Virus record (IMG/VR): IMGVR_UViG_3300037422_000298
DNA from: a virus
Taxonomy: Duplodnaviria > Caudoviricetes
Direction: 5' to 3' (one strand)
DNA: 64,000 nt
The position numbers and the translations under genes are program-made. Position 1 is the first letter of the stretch. Every line of letters begins with the position of its first letter. Shown here in pieces: positions 7,866 through 17,204 of the stretch. Below the pieces are notes generated by a model. The model had not been told where the DNA came from. It saw only the letters and a program-made list of their open reading frames with translations, and did not search any database.

Positions 7866-8810
7866 TCAGAAGCTGGACTTGGAACGCGCTGTCGCCTTCG
7901 GCAACGACGACCGCGACTGCTTGTAGCGATAGAGCATGTAGCCGCCGACGCCAACCGCAGCGACCGTCGCGACGATCCCGATGATCCCGAAGAATCCGAG
8001 TCCAGCGCCCGGTTTTGATGGATCGATGGCAGTGCCCGCGACGCCCTTGAGCACGGCGACTGCCGCAGCGTTCGCTTCCGCAGTGCACTTTGAATGCACC
8101 GCAGGATCTGTCGAAGTGCCGACACACTTGGCGACCAGCGTAGTCAGCGCCTCGAACGCCTTCAAGTTGATCGCGGCGAGCGCCTGCTGGCGTTCGGCGT
8201 CGGCGCGCGCGACTTCAACCTTGCCGCGCTCCTTGGTCACGGCGACCGTCACGAGAACGACCGTGGCGGCCGTGAGCGCCAGACCGATCAGGAAGGCTAC
8301 GACCGGCGCGAGTCCGAGCCCCGACGGCGCGCTCCACATCCAGTCGTTGATGTCGCCATCGTGGAGTGCGCCTTCGAGCGTGCCGACCTTCTCGTGACCC
8401 ACGGGACCGTACTTCACGGTGATCTGCGACAGTCGAACCGGCTGCGTCGGTGTCGTCAAGACGGCGCCCCAACCACCCCAACCGGTCGTCGGCGTCGCCA
8501 CGCCGATTTCTGGCGGGAACACCGGCACGGCGTTCGCGTCGAAGCGATCTGCGGCAGGCGTTTCTTCGTAGGCTTTCTTCCACACTTCAGCAGCTGCCAC
8601 GAAGCCGTTACGGGCATCCGTGTAGCTCTGAATCAGCTCCGGCGCGATCGTTTGGTTCGGCGCGATTGCACTGAGCTGCGCGAGCTTGCTGAATGCGAGC
8701 TTGAGCTTGGCTTCTGCATCAGCGAGAACGTCAGCCAGGGCCGCTGTTTGCGGGTCGAGAGGGGTAGGCGTGGTCTGACCAAGGCCGTACGCGAGCTGGG
8801 AGACGAACAT
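7866..8810 (-). CDS. Two-TM putative virion membrane protein with several GLG motifs
   Basis: YGLGQ, SGLGL and AGLGF; two hydrophobic helices; basic tail. Confidence 0.7.
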   Translation of the reverse strand: MFVSQLAYGLGQTTPTPLDPQTAALADVLADAEAKLKLAFSKLAQLSAIAPNQTIAPELIQSYTDARNGFVAAAEVWKKAYEETPAADRFDANAVPVFPPEIGVATPTTGWGGWGAVLTTPTQPVRLSQITVKYGPVGHEKVGTLEGALHDGDINDWMWSAPSGLGLAPVVAFLIGLALTAATVVLVTVAVTKERGKVEVARADAERQQALAAINLKAFEALTTLVAKCVGTSTDPAVHSKCTAEANAAAVAVLKGVAGTAIDPSKPGAGLGFFGIIGIVATVAAVGVGGYMLYRYKQSRSSLPKATARSKSSF

Positions 8811-8827
8811 GCCGCCAAACTATCATG

Positions 8828-8843
8828 GATCGCTCGCGCGATC
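8828..8843 (-). promoter_or_regulatory. GATCGC-N4-GCGATC promoter palindrome
   Basis: Minus: CATGA-TAGTTT-6nt-ATG(8810). Confidence 0.8.
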
Positions 8844-8847
8844 GAGG

Positions 8848-9576
8848 TCAGCGCCGACGTCGACGAGCCAACGCGGGCGCCGCACGGGGCGCGGATAGCC
8901 CCGCAGCGAGCAGTCCAATCGCGGCAGTTCCCACGACGAGTCCGAGCCCGACCGCGACCGCGAACGTCTTTTGTCGTTTCGTTTGATCATCAGTCGTCGC
9001 AGACACGAACGGCGTGGTCGTATCGGGTGTCGGTTGTTGTGGCGCCGCGATCGGCTCGCCGAGGTCCGTCAGAATTTTCGCCGCGCGTTGTGCGGGATCT
9101 GTCAAGTCGGTCGCCGCGGCAACGCGCTGAAGTGCCGCCACGATGCGTGCGCGCAGATCCGCTGACGGTGGCGGCGTAACACGTATCGCGACACGCGCAT
9201 CGAGACCGTCGACGGCGTGCGACAAGAAACCGTCCGGGCCTGCGTTCGCCCGTGCGAGCGTGCCTTCGTTCAGTAGCAGATCGATGCCTTGCAGAAGCAG
9301 CTCGGCCGCGAGGTCGGGGTCTGCGTCGGCGTGAATGCGAATGACATCCGGGGCGAACGACGTCTCCAAGAATGGATTCGGCCCGGCAGGACCGCGCGCG
9401 AACGCTTGGCCGATCAACTCCAGCACGCGGCGGTCTGCCGTCAACGTCGACGGCGTCAGGTCGACCATGACTTTCGAGAACGTTGGACGGCATGCGATGG
9501 GATCCGCTACGCACGCCGTGAGCGCCGTAACGACCGTGTTGACGTCGAAAGCCTGGCCGAATTGCGCGAAGATCAC
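8848..9576 (-). CDS. Paralog family B membrane-anchored protein
   Basis: Starts MIFAQFGQ; IRIHADADPDLA; C-terminal TM + RRRRR. Confidence 0.7.
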   Translation of the reverse strand: MIFAQFGQAFDVNTVVTALTACVADPIACRPTFSKVMVDLTPSTLTADRRVLELIGQAFARGPAGPNPFLETSFAPDVIRIHADADPDLAAELLLQGIDLLLNEGTLARANAGPDGFLSHAVDGLDARVAIRVTPPPSADLRARIVAALQRVAAATDLTDPAQRAAKILTDLGEPIAAPQQPTPDTTTPFVSATTDDQTKRQKTFAVAVGLGLVVGTAAIGLLAAGLSAPRAAPALARRRRR

Positions 9577-9591
9577 GTCGCAATCCTACAC

Positions 9592-9607
9592 GATCGCGCG
9601 AGCGATC
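9592..9607 (-). promoter_or_regulatory. GATCGC-N4-GCGATC promoter palindrome
   Basis: Minus: GTG-TAGGAT-6nt-GTG(9576). Confidence 0.8.
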
Positions 9608-9646
9608 GGCTTCTATCACGCCTCCGGCGATGGCATACTGCCCGGT

Positions 9647-9988
9647 ATGGCTCGACGCCGCAAAGCCGATGTGAAGAAGACCTTGCTATGTGCGACGCGG
9701 TTCTGGTCGATCGGTTGGCGCGAACACGACAACCGAACCGCGACCTCGTCGAGCGGTGTACGGCATGTCGTGCGGAAGCAGGGCTTCACGACTGGTGAGA
9801 TCAATCGCGCCGAGCGTGAACTGATCCGCGAGGGCAAGCTCGAAGTCAGCGGCAAGAAACACGGCAAGACGCTGCGCTTGACGGATGCGGGCAACCGTGT
9901 GAGTTGTTCGAGCGTTCGACTCGCGCCGTGGACAGACGATCAGTATCCTGGTGCGGCGTTGACATCCCGTCGACGCAAACGGCGTTAA
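9647..9988 (+). CDS. Basic winged-helix-like protein with Arg tracts at both ends
   Basis: MARRRK...EINRAERELIREGKLEV...LRLTDAG...SRRRKRR. Confidence 0.6.
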   Translation: MARRRKADVKKTLLCATRFWSIGWREHDNRTATSSSGVRHVVRKQGFTTGEINRAERELIREGKLEVSGKKHGKTLRLTDAGNRVSCSSVRLAPWTDDQYPGAALTSRRRKRR

Positions 9989-9991
9989 CAC

Positions 9992-10007
9992 GATCGCTCG
10001 CGCGATC
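9992..10007 (+). promoter_or_regulatory. GATCGC-N4-GCGATC promoter palindrome
   Basis: GTGG-TATCGT-6nt-ATG(10024). Confidence 0.8.
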
Positions 10008-10023
10008 GTGGTATCGTCGAGCC

Positions 10024-10419
10024 ATGAAGCGCTTGTTCCTGTTCGTCGCCTTCGCGATCGGCCTCGGCACCACCAACGCGAGCTGTCCCGGACCCGGACC
10101 TGGACCAGTTCCCGTCGTCGTCAACGCGATCGTCGACTGCACGCTACAGAACCAGTCGCAGATCACGGCGTTGATCGGCGAGTTCAAGACGCTCCTCGTC
10201 GGACAGCTTCCCGACTGGAAGGCGATCTACCAACGCGCCAAGAACGCGGGCAAGGCAATCGGCGGCTGCGCGCTCGCCGAGCTGGTGCAGGACTACCTCG
10301 GCAACAAGAGCGCACCACCACCGCAAGCCGACAGTTGGAACGCGTTCCAGGCGCTCGAACGGTTCCGCCGTGAAGAGGCAGGCAACGCGACGTTCAAGAC
10401 GGCGAAGGGCGACTTGTGA
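10024..10419 (+). CDS. Secreted/lipoprotein-like protein
   Basis: MKRLFLFVAFAIGLGTTNASC signal with lipobox-like Cys, PG linker. Confidence 0.65.
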   Translation: MKRLFLFVAFAIGLGTTNASCPGPGPGPVPVVVNAIVDCTLQNQSQITALIGEFKTLLVGQLPDWKAIYQRAKNAGKAIGGCALAELVQDYLGNKSAPPPQADSWNAFQALERFRREEAGNATFKTAKGDL

Positions 10420-10976
10420 AACGTCGCCGCCGTCGTCAGCTCGGCGATCAGATCGTCAACGGTACGGCGTATCGCGACGAGACCGACCCGCGTGTGATCA
10501 ACATCCTCGAAGCAGCGCGTAGCGGGCCTGACTTCGCGATTCGCAGTACGGACGTCGCGCGCGGCGAGCGCATCTGTGTTCGCTACGGCGATACAGAAAC
10601 CGGTCGTGACTGGGGCGACCCGCCGATGTGCGGCAGGATCGGTCGTAGTCAAGGCACGCCAGGTCGGGACTACACAAACAGGATTCCGTTGCTCATCAAG
10701 AGCAAGCGCAGCATGGGCGGCGAAGCGATCCTCGATCACAAGATCATTCGCATCACACGCAGCGCCAAACCCAAGCATAAGCACGGCGTAAAGTACGTCC
10801 TGTTCGAGCACCCGAAGTATCACTATTCAGAGGGCGAACATGCCGAGCAGATCGAACAGATCGCGAAGGACGTCGACAAGGAGGCCCGCGACGCCGCCCG
10901 TCGCGGCGATAGGCCGCGCGCTGAGGAGCTGCGTGTGAAAGCGCGCGAGATCCGGCGGCAGAAGTGGAACCCATGA
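10416..10976 (+). CDS. Conserved-phage-type hypothetical domain with N-terminal KRRRRRQLG tag
   Basis: NGTAY..ETD..V..ILE; YGDTETGRDW; GRIGRS; GGEAILD pattern recalled from phage hypotheticals. Confidence 0.7.
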   Translation: MKRRRRRQLGDQIVNGTAYRDETDPRVINILEAARSGPDFAIRSTDVARGERICVRYGDTETGRDWGDPPMCGRIGRSQGTPGRDYTNRIPLLIKSKRSMGGEAILDHKIIRITRSAKPKHKHGVKYVLFEHPKYHYSEGEHAEQIEQIAKDVDKEARDAARRGDRPRAEELRVKAREIRRQKWNP

Positions 10977-11230
10977 AGAAACGACAGCTCGGCGAGAAAG
11001 TTCACTGGCGAGCGGTCCGCGGCGGCCAGGACGCAGCACGCGCCTTCACCAAGGTCGGTCGCTGCATGGTGGTCTCCGAGGTCAATCCCAACCCACCCGA
11101 GACGTCCAAGCCGTATCGCTGGTACATCGTCGAGCGCGGCACGAATCGCGTGCTGGATGCTGGTTCGACGAACACCATGCAGGCCAACCGCGCGACGGCC
11201 GTCTCGCGTGCACGTGGACGTTGCCGATAG
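10973..11230 (+). CDS. Small basic protein (MKKRQLGE...)
   Basis: ATGA overlap with the upstream stop. Confidence 0.6.
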   Translation: MKKRQLGEKVHWRAVRGGQDAARAFTKVGRCMVVSEVNPNPPETSKPYRWYIVERGTNRVLDAGSTNTMQANRATAVSRARGRCR

Positions 11231-11242
11231 GCACGCACGCAG

Positions 11243-12094
11243 ATGTTCGCGTTCGGGCTACCCACCACGCACGTTCTCCGTGATCTCACGAACGAGGTCT
11301 GGATACAGGACAACTGGGACACGCGACTCATTCTTGCAGACGCTTACGAAGAGCTGGGACGCCCTGACATTGCAGCGCTGTGGCGCGACGAGCTACCGCG
11401 TTACCGTCGACGAAAGCGCATCGACAAGCTCTCCGACGACGAATTCGAGCAGATCGCCAGGAACATGAAGTGGTACGTGCAAAACGTCCAGCTTCGAACC
11501 GGACCGAGCGACGAACAACTCGCGCTCGCGGCGATCGGTTGCCTGTACCGTGCGGCGGCACGGCGTCAAGGCGAGAACGTCATCTATCCGCGCGTCGTAT
11601 GGTTTCCGGCTCCGAACGTTGTCCGTCACAACCTCGTCGACGCTAACGGGGAGCGCCGTGTCGATCTCGGTGACACGATCTGGTACGCGAGCCGCACGTG
11701 GGATCGCAACCTCTCGGAGCGCACCGAGCGCCTGATCTACAACGACTATCAACGGTTCAGTCGACGATACAGTGATGCTACGTACGCCGCAGGCAACGAC
11801 GAAAACATGAACTTGAGCGGCGGCCTCAGTGGTGGGCAATTCAACTGGCAGCTCCTCACGACCGCGTCGACCATCGACGTGTTCCGGCTCTATCAAGGCA
11901 CTGAGGGGGACGGCGACAACAACGAGCTGAGCCTGCGCGCGAGCTTGACATTGATCCGTTGCACGCCGTTCTACTACGCGTTCGAGCGCGCCTGCGTCTT
12001 GTCGCAGCACCCGACGATCATCGATGCCGACCAGCCACGATGGGCGTGGCTCGATGGCGCCAACAACCCTCACCAGTGGCCAACAACACGATGA
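11243..12094 (+). CDS. TIGR02996-like N-terminal domain protein (C-part DUF6745-like)
   Basis: DTRLILADAYEELG resembles the RLVYADWLEE.G motif. Confidence 0.55.
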   Translation: MFAFGLPTTHVLRDLTNEVWIQDNWDTRLILADAYEELGRPDIAALWRDELPRYRRRKRIDKLSDDEFEQIARNMKWYVQNVQLRTGPSDEQLALAAIGCLYRAAARRQGENVIYPRVVWFPAPNVVRHNLVDANGERRVDLGDTIWYASRTWDRNLSERTERLIYNDYQRFSRRYSDATYAAGNDENMNLSGGLSGGQFNWQLLTTASTIDVFRLYQGTEGDGDNNELSLRASLTLIRCTPFYYAFERACVLSQHPTIIDADQPRWAWLDGANNPHQWPTTR

Positions 12095-12501
12095 GTCGCC
12101 CGTACATCTGCAAGATCCGCACAGATCGGCTACGCAAGCTGAGCATTCAACGCTTGCGAAGGACGCAGGCCGTTATCTCGCACCTGTCTGAAGACGCTTG
12201 GGAGACAGGCGCGGATCTGGCGTCGAGGCTCGTGACGGAACTCGAACAGGAAAAACTTTGGCGATTCAACGCCGAGAGGGCGACCAGCCCAGGTGACCGT
12301 CAGGCATATCAACGGTTCGCTGACCAAGCATCTGCCGACGCCAAGAAGCTCGAACATAAAATCTGGAACAGGCAGATGACGACAGGCTGCAAGATCCCAG
12401 AGTACGAACAGGTCGCACGCGACGCTGATCGCGAAGGTCAGCACATCACCGCCGAAGTAATTCGCAAACAGCGCAGCTTCGGTCGCCGGAGGCGAACATG
12501 A
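12091..12501 (+). CDS. Helical protein ending in SFGRRRRT
   Basis: ATGA-coupled on both sides. Confidence 0.6.
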   Translation: MSRPYICKIRTDRLRKLSIQRLRRTQAVISHLSEDAWETGADLASRLVTELEQEKLWRFNAERATSPGDRQAYQRFADQASADAKKLEHKIWNRQMTTGCKIPEYEQVARDADREGQHITAEVIRKQRSFGRRRRT

Positions 12502-13259
12502 TCGGCAAGCTCGGTCGTTCAGAAACTTCACGGCGCGATCTGCGCACGCTGTGGTACGGACGCTACGCATCTGGACCTGGCTACACAGCGCCGCCGCCGC
12601 TCGACGACTGGACGGGCCCTACGGGCGACTACAGTTGGCTGGGCAACGATCGCGTCGGCTGCTGTACGCGTGCTTGCTATGGCCACATCGTGCAGCAACG
12701 CTGCGCGCGGCTCGACGTCCCGTGCACGTTGACCGAAGATGATGTCCTCAAAGCCTACAAGGACGGCACCGGCTGGGATGGCGTACCAGGCTCGTTCTCC
12801 GATCGCGGTGACATGATCATCAACGCGCTCGTGCAGATGAAGAACGTCGGGCTCGGCGACTACAAGATCTCGCAGTTCGGTCGCGTCAACCACAACGACA
12901 CCATCGAGATGCGCGCCGCGCTACACCTGTTCGGGTCGCTGATCATCGGCGCGAGCTTACCAGAGGCAATCCGCCGTCAGGGCAACGCGTGGGACGTCGG
13001 CGAACCCGGTCAGCGCCAGCCCGACGACGCACCCGGCTCGGCAGGCGGCCACGCGTTCATCCTGACGGGTCACCAGCGTGGCAAGTGGTGGTCGATGCCG
13101 TGGATCACGAAGACGACGATCACGTACGCGTGGGACGACCTCTACATCGACGAAGCGTGGTTCGTCGTCGATGATCTGTGGGTGACACAGAATCGTGCCG
13201 CGCCGAACGGTTTCGACCTAGCGCGGCTACAAGCTGACGCGGCAGCAATCGCGGCCTGA
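12498..13259 (+). CDS. Papain-like (C1-type) cysteine protease
   Basis: LGNDRVGCCT (catalytic Cys) and GGHAFILTG (catalytic His); W-rich strand after His. Confidence 0.7.
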   Translation: MIGKLGRSETSRRDLRTLWYGRYASGPGYTAPPPLDDWTGPTGDYSWLGNDRVGCCTRACYGHIVQQRCARLDVPCTLTEDDVLKAYKDGTGWDGVPGSFSDRGDMIINALVQMKNVGLGDYKISQFGRVNHNDTIEMRAALHLFGSLIIGASLPEAIRRQGNAWDVGEPGQRQPDDAPGSAGGHAFILTGHQRGKWWSMPWITKTTITYAWDDLYIDEAWFVVDDLWVTQNRAAPNGFDLARLQADAAAIAA

Positions 13260-13260
13260 C

Positions 13261-13803
13261 ATGCGTGAATGGTGGCTATGGCGTACCAAACCGGCGCCGA
13301 AAGGTGTCGCGAAAGTCGTCGAGACGTTCAATCTGCCGATGGCTTATCAGCATGGTGCGTACCGCTTCGAGAACAGCCTTGTCGAGGTCGTGTTACCGGC
13401 AATCCACAGCGATGATCGAAGCGACGTGTACACCCATCGACCGGTCGGCGGCATGTTGACGATCGACATCTATCAGCAGCCTCGCGTGCTCCATCGACGC
13501 CGTCGCAACGTCTCCAGTCGAAGGTTTCTACTGACGCCGTCGTTGTACATCTTCGTCGACCTGCGCGAGTTCTACCCGGACTTCAGACTACAACACGGCC
13601 ATCCGCTACTTTGGATCCAACCGGAGATCTTCAACCTGACGGGTGAGATCTACCAAGGTAACGCAGTGGATAAGCTACTGCCGATCAGCTTCCAAGAGCT
13701 GCAAGACTTCGCGCAGACAAACGAAGCTGGCGGTTTCATCTTGGCGGCGTTGGACTCTTTCATGCAGTCCGGCCAACGCGTCGACGCGCGATTCCGACCT
13801 TGA
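13261..13803 (+). CDS. Hypothetical protein
   Basis: ORF track, directly after the protease. Confidence 0.55.
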   Translation: MREWWLWRTKPAPKGVAKVVETFNLPMAYQHGAYRFENSLVEVVLPAIHSDDRSDVYTHRPVGGMLTIDIYQQPRVLHRRRRNVSSRRFLLTPSLYIFVDLREFYPDFRLQHGHPLLWIQPEIFNLTGEIYQGNAVDKLLPISFQELQDFAQTNEAGGFILAALDSFMQSGQRVDARFRP

Positions 13804-13821
13804 GCTACTCGACCCGCTTGG

Positions 13822-14451
13822 TTAGGGGTAACTGGCGATCGCGCTCCAGTCGCTGACGCCGTCCGAGACGAGAAAGTTGACCGCATAGGAGGTGTCTGAG
13901 ACGTTGATGACGAGATCGGTCCCGCCGTTCAAGGTGTCGCCGCCTCCTGGGGTGACTAGATAGCCGAACGATCCGCCGCCGATCTTCGCGATGTAGACGC
14001 CGACCCAGCCGCCGTTCGGGACGGAGTTGGCGGGAGGTAGCGTCACGGTGGGTTGTGTAAACGGGACGTCTTGGACCTGATTGATCATGAAGGCCGTCGC
14101 CGTGAAGTCGCCGAGGATGTTCGCAGTCCGCGGAAACAGGACGGCTCCACCACCGCCACCGCTCGCGATCACGAACGGTACGAGCCCGACGAGGTTACTG
14201 GGCGGCGTGACGCTTTCGATCGTGTGCCAGTGCTCGACGTAGACGTTGACGGCACCGCTCGCTGCGTCCGCAGTGCGTGTCGCCGTCACGTTCACGGCAT
14301 CGGCCGTGACCGTGAAGCCTGATGCGTTTGCAGCCACGAGCTGCGGGATCACTGGTTGACCGTTGACGTTCAGACCGTGTGCCAGGCTTACCGGAACGCC
14401 GACGGCAAGCCCGGCAAACGCGACAACATTCTTGAGTGTGGTGCGCGGCAT
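13822..14451 (-). CDS. Beta-rich putative virion/spike protein
   Basis: LAHGLN..P, VNVYVEHWHTIE, VTLPPA..., LVSDGVSDW (fibre-like). Confidence 0.65.
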   Translation of the reverse strand: MPRTTLKNVVAFAGLAVGVPVSLAHGLNVNGQPVIPQLVAANASGFTVTADAVNVTATRTADAASGAVNVYVEHWHTIESVTPPSNLVGLVPFVIASGGGGGAVLFPRTANILGDFTATAFMINQVQDVPFTQPTVTLPPANSVPNGGWVGVYIAKIGGGSFGYLVTPGGGDTLNGGTDLVINVSDTSYAVNFLVSDGVSDWSAIASYP

Positions 14452-14467
14452 ATATACATTCTACGTC

Positions 14468-14483
14468 GATCGCAGCAGCGATC
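14468..14483 (-). promoter_or_regulatory. GATCGC-N4-GCGATC promoter palindrome
   Basis: Minus: GACG-TAGAAT-6nt-ATG(14451). Confidence 0.8.
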
Positions 14484-14484
14484 G

Positions 14485-14751
14485 CTACTCGACGCGTTTG
14501 AAGCGCGGCACGAGTGTATCGTTCTGCGCAGCCTGTCCACAGAAGACATCGAGGTGTCGCGTCCAGACAAGCGCGTATTCATCTTCGGCGTCGCGGTAGT
14601 GCACCATCGGTTCGAGGTCGGCTTCGAAGAGGCTGACGGCGATCACGAGGTAGACGTTCTGTGTCTTGTAGTGCCGATAGCGTTGACCGGGCAACACACC
14701 GCTCGCAGCGATCCTCGCGATCGACGCATCCTTCGCAGTGTCGTCGTGCAT
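14485..14751 (-). CDS. DUF1653-like protein
   Basis: GQRYRHYK..YLVIAV..E...MVHY...WTR...F...RF pattern. Confidence 0.75.
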   Translation of the reverse strand: MHDDTAKDASIARIAASGVLPGQRYRHYKTQNVYLVIAVSLFEADLEPMVHYRDAEDEYALVWTRHLDVFCGQAAQNDTLVPRFKRVE

Positions 14752-15053
14752 CAGAGATCCTCCCCGAGCTTGCGCATCTCGTCGATCAACCATTGTCCGC
14801 AGGCTTCTTCGCTCGGCGGCTCGGCGTTCCGACGAAACCTCGACAGCGGTTGGCCGTGCGCCGCGAGCCACATCTCGCTGGGGCACAAACCGCCACGTTG
14901 CGCGAGCCGTTCGAGCGTTTGACTGTGGTTGGCTTCCGCCTGTTCGCGAAACGTTTCGACGAACGACCACGGCACGTCGCGCGGCCACTTCTCACGCAGC
15001 TCGCGCGCGGCCCGACTTTGGCCTCTGATCACCGGAAATCGCGCTGCGCTCAC
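14751..15053 (-). CDS. Phage hypothetical protein
   Basis: QAEANHSQTLERLAQRGGLCPSE. Confidence 0.6.
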   Translation of the reverse strand: MSAARFPVIRGQSRAARELREKWPRDVPWSFVETFREQAEANHSQTLERLAQRGGLCPSEMWLAAHGQPLSRFRRNAEPPSEEACGQWLIDEMRKLGEDL

Positions 15054-15904
15054 AGCCCCGCTAGTGTATCGAGGTCCGCGAGAAGCGAATACGCGAATTC
15101 GTACTCGGCAGCTGCCCATGCCGCTTCGAACGCAGGTCGTAGGTTCGCGTCCAGCTCGGGTGACAGCTCCTTGCCCTTGAGCGCGTCCTTCACGCGCCAG
15201 TGGAACATCCGTCCGGTGATCTCTTCTGTCGGCTTACCCGCGTTCGCGAGCGCGATGCTGATACGGTGCAGGACGCCGCCGCCCGCGCCGTCGAGCATGC
15301 CGACCGTCGGGTTGCTTGTTGCGTGCTTGCGCAAAAACTCGCAGGCTTCTCGCGCGGCGAGACCGACGGGGTCCCAACGCGCGCATTCATCAGAAGACAG
15401 CTTCGTAGTTACACGAAGAGCTGCTGCAGCGCGGTTCGTGCTCGCGACCGCACGCTTGCCGACCTCGGTCGCGTACCAGTACAGCCGCGTCATCGGATGA
15501 TCGTTGTACGTACCGAAGTCCTTCGGAACGTCGATCGGTTCATCGTTGACGTACGACTGGACAAGCCCGACGACGTGATTGATCTCGAAGCGTGCTTCAG
15601 TGACTTCCGGCGGGTCGATCAGCACGCGCGTATCGCCGAGCACGCGATACGAATCGCCGTCGACGGGGACCTCGGCTCTGTTGTGCTTGTCGAGAGCGTC
15701 GACGCGGGGATCGTCTGAGTTGACCCATACAGGCGCGGGCGTCGCCCACCGAATCAGCTCGCACGCGAGCGCGGCGGCGTTCTTGGCTTCATGCCACGGC
15801 CAACCGAGCGAGAACTTTTCGAGCGAGATCAGCTGGACGCGATTGAGCCGCGGCGCATCTTCGTCGGTCGCTACAGACAACCGCGGACGCCGAATTCGCG
15901 CCAC
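15050..15904 (-). CDS. Hypothetical protein
   Basis: ORF track; coupled operon. Confidence 0.65.
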   Translation of the reverse strand: MARIRRPRLSVATDEDAPRLNRVQLISLEKFSLGWPWHEAKNAAALACELIRWATPAPVWVNSDDPRVDALDKHNRAEVPVDGDSYRVLGDTRVLIDPPEVTEARFEINHVVGLVQSYVNDEPIDVPKDFGTYNDHPMTRLYWYATEVGKRAVASTNRAAAALRVTTKLSSDECARWDPVGLAAREACEFLRKHATSNPTVGMLDGAGGGVLHRISIALANAGKPTEEITGRMFHWRVKDALKGKELSPELDANLRPAFEAAWAAAEYEFAYSLLADLDTLAGL

Positions 15905-16305
15905 TACTCGTTCGCTTTCTCGGCCTCGATCGCACGCATCGCGTAGTCCATCGCCTCGCGTGCATCACCGCCGGGCGGTACGAGACAGATGAAGTCGTCG
16001 AAGAAATCGACGTCGTTGACCTCGCCGAGTTCGTCCGCGACCATCGGGCGCGTCGCACGCAATGGTGGCCCCTGGACGTCTTGAATCACTTCGACGAGCG
16101 CGAAGCACGCGAGCCCGAGCGTGCGCGTCGCTGCGTTGCTGTTGACCGTTGGGTCGCGGAACACGGCGCGCCAGCCATCGGCAGGTGTGATTTGGAGAAT
16201 GACGAACGGCGGGATTTCATCATCCGCGTCGGCCGCGTCTGCGCTTGCGTTCGGGTTGCCGTCATCGTCACCGATGCCGAACATGTCTTTGTCTTTCTTT
16301 GCCAT
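15904..16305 (-). CDS. Acidic hypothetical protein; resembles 30169-30438
   Basis: PADGWRAVF..LACFALV vs QPGWLAVF..IACWVLM. Confidence 0.6.
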   Translation of the reverse strand: MAKKDKDMFGIGDDDGNPNASADAADADDEIPPFVILQITPADGWRAVFRDPTVNSNAATRTLGLACFALVEVIQDVQGPPLRATRPMVADELGEVNDVDFFDDFICLVPPGGDAREAMDYAMRAIEAEKANE

Positions 16306-16341
16306 CGTAGTCTCGCTTTCTAGCGCGTCCGCCTGGCGATC

Positions 16342-16845
16342 TCAACCATTTAGCCACTGAGGATCGCGCAGGTTGCGGTACGCCGACACCGTTTGAAGTG
16401 CTTGTAGCGTTCGGGGCCCGACTTGACCGTCGACTTCGAGATTGCGGATGATGGATCCTCCGAGTTTGGCGCGTGCGACCGCACCCCGATTTGCGATCCA
16501 GTCGAGCGACGCGTTGAGACGCCTCTGCAGATTTTCGACGCCTGTCCGCAGCGCGCCTTCTGACAACCAACGCTGCAACTTGCCGAGTGCTACCCAGCGT
16601 GCAAACGCTTCGGTGCAGTCCTCGCACGTCGAGATCTTCACGGAGCCGTCGACGGCCTCGAAGACAACATCGGGACGGCGCCACGGCATCGGCCCGTCGT
16701 AGACGTCGTCCCACGATGCTGCGCAACCGATGCAGATCTGGTCGAGCAGCCCCACGCGCTGCGCGATCTCGATCGCGACTTCGTAGTGGCCTGCCAGGCT
16801 GGCCGCTTGAATCGCGGCGCGCACGTTCTCGCGTTCGCCGTTCAC
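16342..16845 (-). CDS. Paralog family C protein with C-terminal peptidoglycan-binding-like motif
   Basis: VRAAIQAA..ICIGC..TCEDC; LEVDGQVGPRTLQAL. Confidence 0.65.
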   Translation of the reverse strand: MNGERENVRAAIQAASLAGHYEVAIEIAQRVGLLDQICIGCAASWDDVYDGPMPWRRPDVVFEAVDGSVKISTCEDCTEAFARWVALGKLQRWLSEGALRTGVENLQRRLNASLDWIANRGAVARAKLGGSIIRNLEVDGQVGPRTLQALQTVSAYRNLRDPQWLNG

Positions 16846-17204
16846 TCGACGTCTCCCTGTGCTTCGCACTGGACCCACATCGAGCCGAAATCGCCGTAGC
16901 GCTCTCGAATCGACGCACCTACGGTGATCGCAGGGCCTGCACGCCAGTCGGGATTGTCTGTCGCACGCCAGCATTCATCGCACAGACGCACAACGCCATC
17001 GGAGTGGTAACGAAATTCGTAGAGCCCGAGCGAGCGAAACGACTGCACGCAGCGAAAGCAGATGTGGTGTGGCGCCGCCGCGTCGAGGTACTTCTCGATC
17101 AGCTCGCGTACGAACGTGTAGTCTCGCGCGAGCCAAGCCGCCTGCACGGCAGCACGAACGTCGTCGACCGTCGTGTCGTCAGGGAGTGGTTCACGTCCGG
17201 GCAC
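16842..17204 (-). CDS. Paralog family C protein
   Basis: VRAAVQAA..ICFRC..LCDEC. Confidence 0.65.
   Translation of the reverse strand: MPGREPLPDDTTVDDVRAAVQAAWLARDYTFVRELIEKYLDAAAPHHICFRCVQSFRSLGLYEFRYHSDGVVRLCDECWRATDNPDWRAGPAITVGASIRERYGDFGSMWVQCEAQGDVE

Noticed and set aside
8094-9179. Long antisense/alternative-frame ORFs (also 11393-12073, 38642-39568, 46381-47511, 57146-58123)
   Set aside because: Shadow ORFs expected at high GC, opposite well-supported genes and with no motifs
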